NCBI GenBank assembly: GCA_038064575.1
Contig: JBBTST010000005.1
Span: forward strand, 1,382-65,381
DNA length: 64,000 nucleotides
Direction: 5' to 3'
Origin: Patescibacteria group bacterium
Lineage (GTDB): Bacteria > Patescibacteriota > WWE3 > UBA101185 > 2-01-FULL-41-18
Made by a program: the position numbers and the translations under genes. The notes beneath the pieces were generated by a model that searched no databases, had not been told where the DNA came from, and saw only the letters and a list, made by a program, of their open reading frames with translations. This document shows, in pieces, positions 58,434 through 64,000 of this stretch. Every line of letters begins with the position of its first letter. Within the stretch, counting starts at the first letter, position 1.

Positions 58434-59840
58434 CTACTTAATGTCCCAATTTTTAAAATCTGCAAACCTACCGTGTGAATAATATGTATTGGAAAGAGCA
58501 TCTCCTGGGATCTCAATTCTGTCTGAATGATAGTATTTTAGGATTGGGTGATACAAAAACACAACCGGCGCGTTTTCAAATATAACCTCCTGAAAAACTC
58601 CGTAATGTTTTTTTCTGTTCTCCACCTCAATTGCATTTCTACCCTCTTCCAAAGATCTATCAAGCCTTACATTATCAAACCCGGATAAATTTAAACCCGG
58701 AGCATCAGATCTGGTGGAATGCCATAGAGCATATCTATCCGGGTCTCTTGATACCTCCTGACCATATAGAAGCACTTCAAATTCCCTTTTCTCAACAAGA
58801 TCTTTTTCTATATCTTCTGAACTTTTAGGTTTCAAAGCAAGTTCCACGCCAACCTTTGCCCAAGACTTCTGAATTAGCTTTCCCAGTTCCATCTGATCTG
58901 AAGAATTAGGAACTATCATTTCAAGCTTCAAATTCAAGTTATCAGTGTAGTTTGCATCATACTCATTAAAGTTAAGCTCCCCACTGGTATAGCTGTTTTG
59001 ACTTATAGGACCCTTAACTTCTACGCCTTTCCTTTTAATCAATTCAGCTATGGGTGTTGCTTTAGCTAATTTTTTTCTAAGCTCGCTTTTTTCCAGCTTC
59101 TCATTTCTAGTATTAAAAATTAACGAATAATATATTCCTCCCAAGGGAAATTCCAATTTTTGTAAGTTTTTATAAACTAATGATTCAGGAGAAATAAAAC
59201 CGTCAATCTCTCCAAGTTTAAAAGCTGTAAATAGCTGATCGTTATTTTCATAATATCTGACAGCAATTCTTGGTATTTTGTAGGTTGCAACTTTACTTTG
59301 CAGTAAAACCTCCTTCACTATAGGACCTTCCTTTTTAATCCTGACAATTTGATATGGTCCCGAGGAAACAGGCTCAAGAGCAGTTCCTAAGCCAGTAGCA
59401 GGAATAACCCCTTGCGTCAGAATGTGCGGAAAGGGAGAAAATTTGTTAGGAAGACTGTACCTAATAGTATATTTATTGATTTTATCCGTGGCTATTTCTT
59501 TAAGATTGGGAGCAGTAAATGCCGAATACAAAAGATCATCAGCAGTTATTTCATTTCCATTTGACCATTTTTGCCCTTTTTTTAAATAAACAGTGTATTC
59601 CAAACCATCATCCGACACATCCAATGAATCCGCCAGATCCTCAGTCAAGACCCCCTCCTTATCATAGGTAAACAAACCCCTAAAAAGCATTTTGGAAATA
59701 GTTTTATCATTCTCGTTCAAAGCTTCATGTGGAAAAAAGGAGGTCGGTTGACCCACAAAGCCTTCAATATAGGTTTTTTGAGGGTAAAAAGTAACAAAAA
59801 GAGCTGTTAAAAAAGAGAGAGACTGACTTAATATATTCAT
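58434..59840 (-). CDS. ABC transporter substrate-binding protein (family 5)
   Basis: LFRGL, DLA, KWSNG.EITADD, SSGPY, DPDRYALWHS. Confidence 0.9.
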   Translation of the reverse strand: MNILSQSLSFLTALFVTFYPQKTYIEGFVGQPTSFFPHEALNENDKTISKMLFRGLFTYDKEGVLTEDLADSLDVSDDGLEYTVYLKKGQKWSNGNEITADDLLYSAFTAPNLKEIATDKINKYTIRYSLPNKFSPFPHILTQGVIPATGLGTALEPVSSGPYQIVRIKKEGPIVKEVLLQSKVATYKIPRIAVRYYENNDQLFTAFKLGEIDGFISPESLVYKNLQKLEFPLGGIYYSLIFNTRNEKLEKSELRKKLAKATPIAELIKRKGVEVKGPISQNSYTSGELNFNEYDANYTDNLNLKLEMIVPNSSDQMELGKLIQKSWAKVGVELALKPKSSEDIEKDLVEKREFEVLLYGQEVSRDPDRYALWHSTRSDAPGLNLSGFDNVRLDRSLEEGRNAIEVENRKKHYGVFQEVIFENAPVVFLYHPILKYYHSDRIEIPGDALSNTYYSHGRFADFKNWDIK

Positions 59841-60004
59841 AGTACTTGGGAAGTTTTGACTTTAAGATTATAACAAATGCTGACCAAAGAGTCTTTTTTG
59901 CTTGAAGCTTTACCCATTCAGAAGCTTGAGGGTATTTGAGAATGCTGATAGAATTTGCAGGTCTTAAGCGGCAGGAGCTTTGTTACTTTTTAATCTGCAG
60001 TCTA

Positions 60005-60081
60005 GGCCCCGTCGTCTAGCGGTCAAGGACGTCGCCTTTTCAGGGCGAATATCGCGGGTTCGAATCCCGCCGGGGTCACCA
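60005..60081 (+). tRNA. tRNA-Glu(TTC)
   Basis: TCGCC-TTTTCAG-GGCGA; CCA. Confidence 0.95.
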
Positions 60082-60088
60082 CTAAAGA

Positions 60089-61117
60089 TCAGTAAATTCT
60101 AAAAACTCTCCTATCCAAACTAACACAGGGGTTCCCTTTGATTACAGTGATTTCTCCGTTCTCAAGATCTGCCAAAAAAGAAAAAACGGTTTTTATGTCT
60201 TTATCATGTCTACAAACCGCATTATTACCCTCCGAGGTTCCATGATATGAAAGTATTTCTACCAAGTCATCAATGTTAACAGCCTTTTGATATCTATTTA
60301 GAAGATCAAGAATTTTTTTACATCTGTTGCAAGAGTTAACGTAGTCTAAAGAAAGTTTATCATCCCTCTCGTATTTATTCATTTTCTCTGACAGGTAGTG
60401 ATTTGTGTGTGCTAAAAAGCCATCAGTCATTTTAAGCAGCTCAAAATCAGTGGCGGAGCCTTCTATACTTAAAGCCTCACCTGATTTAGAAGAAATAATA
60501 GTGTTATAAGAAGATGCTCTATGGGAGTGAAGCGTAACATTTACGGCATCTTCAAAAGTTTCCTGCGCCATTGCAACTCTAGCCAACAAAAGTCTTGGTA
60601 TACCTACCCTATCATCATTTGGGCTAACTTCATTACCTGTCACACAAAGCCCAAGGCAATTTATACCTACACTCACAAAGATCCCACAAACCCCTACACT
60701 TAGCTGTCTTGGTTCTTCCGGTATATTCCAATCAACTATAACCAGCATTTCTTCATATAAGGGACTTAGGTCATTGTTGTGCCCAACAAGCATTCTCCCC
60801 TGGTTAACCAGCACATCACTACATTTTCCAAAGGGTGTCTTAACTGTGTAAAGCTCCTCTATGCTACAAATAAACAACTCCAAAAAGTCTACTCCGGCGC
60901 CCTTAGCTGCTCCTTCTAGCTCATCAATCACCCAAGGAAAGTAAACTTTGGTAATCTTTAAACACTTGTTTGCAAGCTTCAAACACTTCTCCCACGAGTG
61001 AATAGTCACTAAATACTCTTTATAGTCCCTAACCATTTCTTTAAAACTGGCAGGATACTTGTTTCCAAGTTGGAAGCCACAAGCGTAGTGGGTTCCTTCA
61101 ACCCTAATATATTCCAT
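60089..61117 (-). CDS. C45-family autoproteolytic acyltransferase/hydrolase (Ntn)
   Basis: GTHYACGFQLG, ELEGAAKGAG, KCSD, GHNND, AHTNHY, GNPC. Confidence 0.88.
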   Translation of the reverse strand: MEYIRVEGTHYACGFQLGNKYPASFKEMVRDYKEYLVTIHSWEKCLKLANKCLKITKVYFPWVIDELEGAAKGAGVDFLELFICSIEELYTVKTPFGKCSDVLVNQGRMLVGHNNDLSPLYEEMLVIVDWNIPEEPRQLSVGVCGIFVSVGINCLGLCVTGNEVSPNDDRVGIPRLLLARVAMAQETFEDAVNVTLHSHRASSYNTIISSKSGEALSIEGSATDFELLKMTDGFLAHTNHYLSEKMNKYERDDKLSLDYVNSCNRCKKILDLLNRYQKAVNIDDLVEILSYHGTSEGNNAVCRHDKDIKTVFSFLADLENGEITVIKGNPCVSLDRRVFRIY

Positions 61118-61151
61118 TTGAGAAGTATAACATTGAAGTTTAAGAGCTAAG

Positions 61152-62324
61152 TTAAAAACTGAACAGGTCTAAAATTCTTGAGACAAACCCCTGATCATTT
61201 CTAACAAAAGTACCGGTGGACGCATCATATACTAAGCTTGAAGGTATATTAAGCGTAAATAAACCTAGCAACTTCTCAGATTTAGTTCCTGTAACAACAT
61301 ACTCAAGATTTTTTGGTTGGTTGATTTGGGAATCCAAGGAAACCCCACCTACTGAGTCCAAATCATCAGAAGCCTGGGCTCTTTGTACTACACTATCAGG
61401 CATAGCTTTTAACTCAACATCTCCTGATGGAGTTTTAACAAATATTTTACCGGTAGCATCATCAACTGACATTGGAAACTTTGATAAAGCATCAACACCC
61501 TGTCTTGATACTACAAAGTTGTTCTGGTTTAGCCTAATTCTAAGCCTGCTTTCAGAAGAGGCTTCATTGTCATCATCCCCTGTTCTTACAATTAGTTCGT
61601 TTTTCTTAACATTAAATCTAACTCTGGAAAGCTCGGTATCCCCTGCCTTAACTTTAAGCTCCACTCTCTTCCCATCCTCAGTTTTTAATTCAAAATCAGA
61701 AAGCTTGGTACCGGTAGCATCATACACTTTAACTCTACTCTCTTCTTTTCCATTCTCATTTTCATACTTTTCAACTCTTATTTTATTTCCTTCGGCATCA
61801 AAGGTCTTTATCTCATATTTATATTTACCATCATCTTCAACTTCAGTTTCTATTATTGAAACAGTACCATCAGGGTTAACAACTCTTCTTTTAGATTCGT
61901 TCTCATCTTCCTTACCATCATCTTCATCCTCATTCTCATCTTCCACCTCTGTTGAAGATCTGGTACGTAAATTTCCTGAGCCTGAATTACTTGACCTATC
62001 ATCCTCATCCTTATCGTCATCCTTATCCTCGTCAGCGTCTTCATTTTCATCGTCTTTATCTTCAGTATCGTTATCATCTTCATCCCTTTCATCATTATCA
62101 TTGTCATCCGAGTCATTGTCCTTGTCATCTCCACCACTATCGCTATCACCATCGTCATCATCAGAATCACTTCCCTTACTTAAAACGGATCCTGATTCTT
62201 TTTTTGAATTACTATAAACACCAACAAAAGACCCAACGCTTAACAAAAGAAGTACTAATAAAACCGGGAGCAATGTTATATACAGAGAGATTGATGATTG
62301 TTTTATTTTTTTAGGCAGATTCAT
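61152..62324 (-). CDS. Membrane-anchored protein with Asp/Glu low-complexity linker
   Basis: N-terminal TM, GSVLSKGSD, long acidic tract, C-terminal KLLGLF...ILDLFSF. Confidence 0.8.
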   Translation of the reverse strand: MNLPKKIKQSSISLYITLLPVLLVLLLLSVGSFVGVYSNSKKESGSVLSKGSDSDDDDGDSDSGGDDKDNDSDDNDNDERDEDDNDTEDKDDENEDADEDKDDDKDEDDRSSNSGSGNLRTRSSTEVEDENEDEDDGKEDENESKRRVVNPDGTVSIIETEVEDDGKYKYEIKTFDAEGNKIRVEKYENENGKEESRVKVYDATGTKLSDFELKTEDGKRVELKVKAGDTELSRVRFNVKKNELIVRTGDDDNEASSESRLRIRLNQNNFVVSRQGVDALSKFPMSVDDATGKIFVKTPSGDVELKAMPDSVVQRAQASDDLDSVGGVSLDSQINQPKNLEYVVTGTKSEKLLGLFTLNIPSSLVYDASTGTFVRNDQGFVSRILDLFSF

Positions 62325-62363
62325 AGTTTAATTAAAGTTGAATCCATTCCATTTGTCAATAAT

Positions 62364-63404
62364 CTAATCTACTATGTAACTTTTAATATCAGAAAGTGCG
62401 TCTCTAACTTTATTTTTAAATGACGAACTCTCAGTCATTATACTTATCAGGGAGGCGGCAAGTTTGTGTGGATCGTGCCTGAGTAAACTTCTGACAGATT
62501 TATCCACCGGAGACTTCTCAAACTTAAAGTCGGATAAGAAATCTCCCCTTATTTGAAACCTTCCTTGAAGTTCAAGCTTTTCCAGATCATTCTCAACAAC
62601 TTTCTCGTCATCTTTTTCATAGTACTCAGTTGCAAATTTAGGAATTTGGCTGTCATTAATAAGTATAAAGTTAATTTTTTTGCCCAAATACCTTTCAATA
62701 TCCAACACATGATCTGAAGCTTTATAGTCAGTGGTTTGCCCTTTTTTGGTAACAAGATTAACTATATAGATAAGCTTAGCTTCACTTTTGAGAAGGGTAT
62801 CTCCAAAACCTTTTGTAATGATATTTGGTATCACACTTGTGTATAAATCTCCCGGGCCAAATATTATAAAATCCGCTTCCTCCAAAGCTTTTTTTGCAGG
62901 GAGAGCCAGCTGTGCTCCCGGGTCTAAGTAAGCTTTCCTTATCCTTGAGTTAGTTTTTTGAGCCTTATCTATTAAGCCCTCACCTTTCACTATTTCTCCG
63001 TCTTCATATTCAACACACAGGTGTGCTTTATCTAAAGTTACTGGGAGCACTTTTCCTTTAGTTCCAAGTATAAAGGAGGCATGCTCCAAAACCTCATCAT
63101 AATCTTTTGCAATCTTTTCAAGAGCCGTAATAAAAATGTTTCCAAAGTTGTGTCCTAACAAGTCCCCACTCTCAAATCTATACAAAAATAACTTTCTCCA
63201 AAGGTCTGGTGCTTCCGACAAAGCAACCAAACACTGCCTTAGATCCCCAGGCGGAAGCACTCCTAATTGATCTCTAAGCCTTCCTGTTGATCCGCCGCTA
63301 TCCATCATTGACACAACTGCTGAAATATCAAGATTGTAATTTTTTAAACCTGTTAGTACTGTATAAGTTCCTGTACCACCGCCAATCACAACCACTTTTT
63401 TCAT
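62364..63404 (-). CDS. yvcK: YvcK/GlmR (CofD-related) family protein
   Basis: VVIGGGTG, DSGGSTGRLR, LPPGDLR, GHNFGN, GPGDLYTS, LRHD. Start taken at ATG 63404. Confidence 0.94.
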   Translation of the reverse strand: MKKVVVIGGGTGTYTVLTGLKNYNLDISAVVSMMDSGGSTGRLRDQLGVLPPGDLRQCLVALSEAPDLWRKLFLYRFESGDLLGHNFGNIFITALEKIAKDYDEVLEHASFILGTKGKVLPVTLDKAHLCVEYEDGEIVKGEGLIDKAQKTNSRIRKAYLDPGAQLALPAKKALEEADFIIFGPGDLYTSVIPNIITKGFGDTLLKSEAKLIYIVNLVTKKGQTTDYKASDHVLDIERYLGKKINFILINDSQIPKFATEYYEKDDEKVVENDLEKLELQGRFQIRGDFLSDFKFEKSPVDKSVRSLLRHDPHKLAASLISIMTESSSFKNKVRDALSDIKSYIVD

Positions 63405-63537
63405 AAGATTTTTATAAGAAACAATACAATTATACCTCTTTATGCTTACCAACAGTTTATAAATGTTATAATTCCGCTTGAAAGTAAATAAGATAAAAGC
63501 TAAACTTTCGTAGTTTAAAAATCGGTAAAGTCCATGA

Positions 63538-63612
63538 GGGGGCGTAGCTCAGTGGTAGAGCAGCGGCCTTTTAAGCCGCGTGTCGTGAGTTCGATCCTCA
63601 CCGCCCTCACCA
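63538..63612 (+). tRNA. tRNA-Lys(TTT)
   Basis: GCGGC-CTTTTAA-GCCGC; CCA. Confidence 0.95.
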
Positions 63613-63624
63613 ATAAACAGTCCG

Positions 63625-64000
63625 TCACAACAAAGTAAATGTATCTTCCCAAATTACTTTCATGTCTAATTGGTTAACAGCATCTGTATGAAAAACAGCG
63701 TGGATATTATTTAGAACCACACTTTTGTTTAATACACTTGAAAGTAGTGATTTAAGGGTCTTAGTTAACTTTTTAACATCAACATCTTGTATTGTAAAAT
63801 TACCAATTGAAATGTGCGGCTTAAAACACTCAAAAACCCTTGCATAGCCATACTTATTCAAATACTCAAGTTCTTTTTGGCTGAAGTGGCCACTGTTCAC
63901 ACGTTCTAAATCCTTTGCTCTCACACAATTATCCCTATAAGCATTTAACAAATTATTTATATCTTCGTGTAATTTTCTTATATCCTTTCCCAATACTTCA
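63625..64000 (-). CDS. 2H-phosphoesterase-like protein (5' end outside the window)
   Basis: YGY..VF..FKPHISIG (HxS/T motif); frame appears to continue past 64000. Confidence 0.6.
   Translation of the reverse strand, partial: EVLGKDIRKLHEDINNLLNAYRDNCVRAKDLERVNSGHFSQKELEYLNKYGYARVFECFKPHISIGNFTIQDVDVKKLTKTLKSLLSSVLNKSVVLNNIHAVFHTDAVNQLDMKVIWEDTFTLL

Noticed and set aside
46824-61150. att duplications downstream of tRNA-Lys(CTT), Arg, His and Glu
   Set aside because: Looked for repeats of their 3' ends and found none by eye.
61216-62217. 333-aa Ser/Leu-rich + strand ORF
   Set aside because: Antisense shadow of the Asp/Glu low-complexity gene at 61152-62324.
1-64000. Stop-codon reassignment (code 25 or 4)
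   Set aside because: Conserved genes such as ruvB and msrB end at TGA at the expected length, and Trp is encoded by TGG.

Overview
AT-rich bacterial chromosome segment using genetic code 11. The small, compact gene set, divergent housekeeping genes and few Shine-Dalgarno sites suggest a Patescibacteria/CPR organism (Microgenomates/WWE3-like); this is inference, not a marker-gene call. The core backbone has Ddl-like ATP-grasp ligases, ruvCAB, tgt, sodA, rmuC, a FemABX-family gene, dus, NAD kinase, an SGNH/acyltransferase-3 pair, sppA, VKOR/DsbD-like redox genes, a tasA-like/sipW fibre locus, yvcK and 12 tRNA genes. The main result is that several tRNA 3' ends carry integrated units with recognisable ends. 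tRNA-Phe carries two tandem single-gene cassettes with near-identical 80-bp and 30-bp ends around a TGGTGG core. tRNA-Gln carries two tandem elements with homologous ends around a TGGCTG core: a 4.25-kb recombinase-free thiol-redox module and a 15.6-kb serine-recombinase/defence element (Shedu, TM0106 nuclease, SF1 helicase-nuclease with a -1 frameshift extension, ParB-methylase, HEPN-like protein). tRNA-Ser and tRNA-Gly each carry a single-gene islet. Together these look like a tRNA-anchored, integron-like cassette system. Other notable items are a tRNA-Ser with the rare ACU anticodon, a pseudoknotted structured RNA inside the island, and pervasive leaderless promoters. All protein calls come from motif recognition by eye; no database searches were run.
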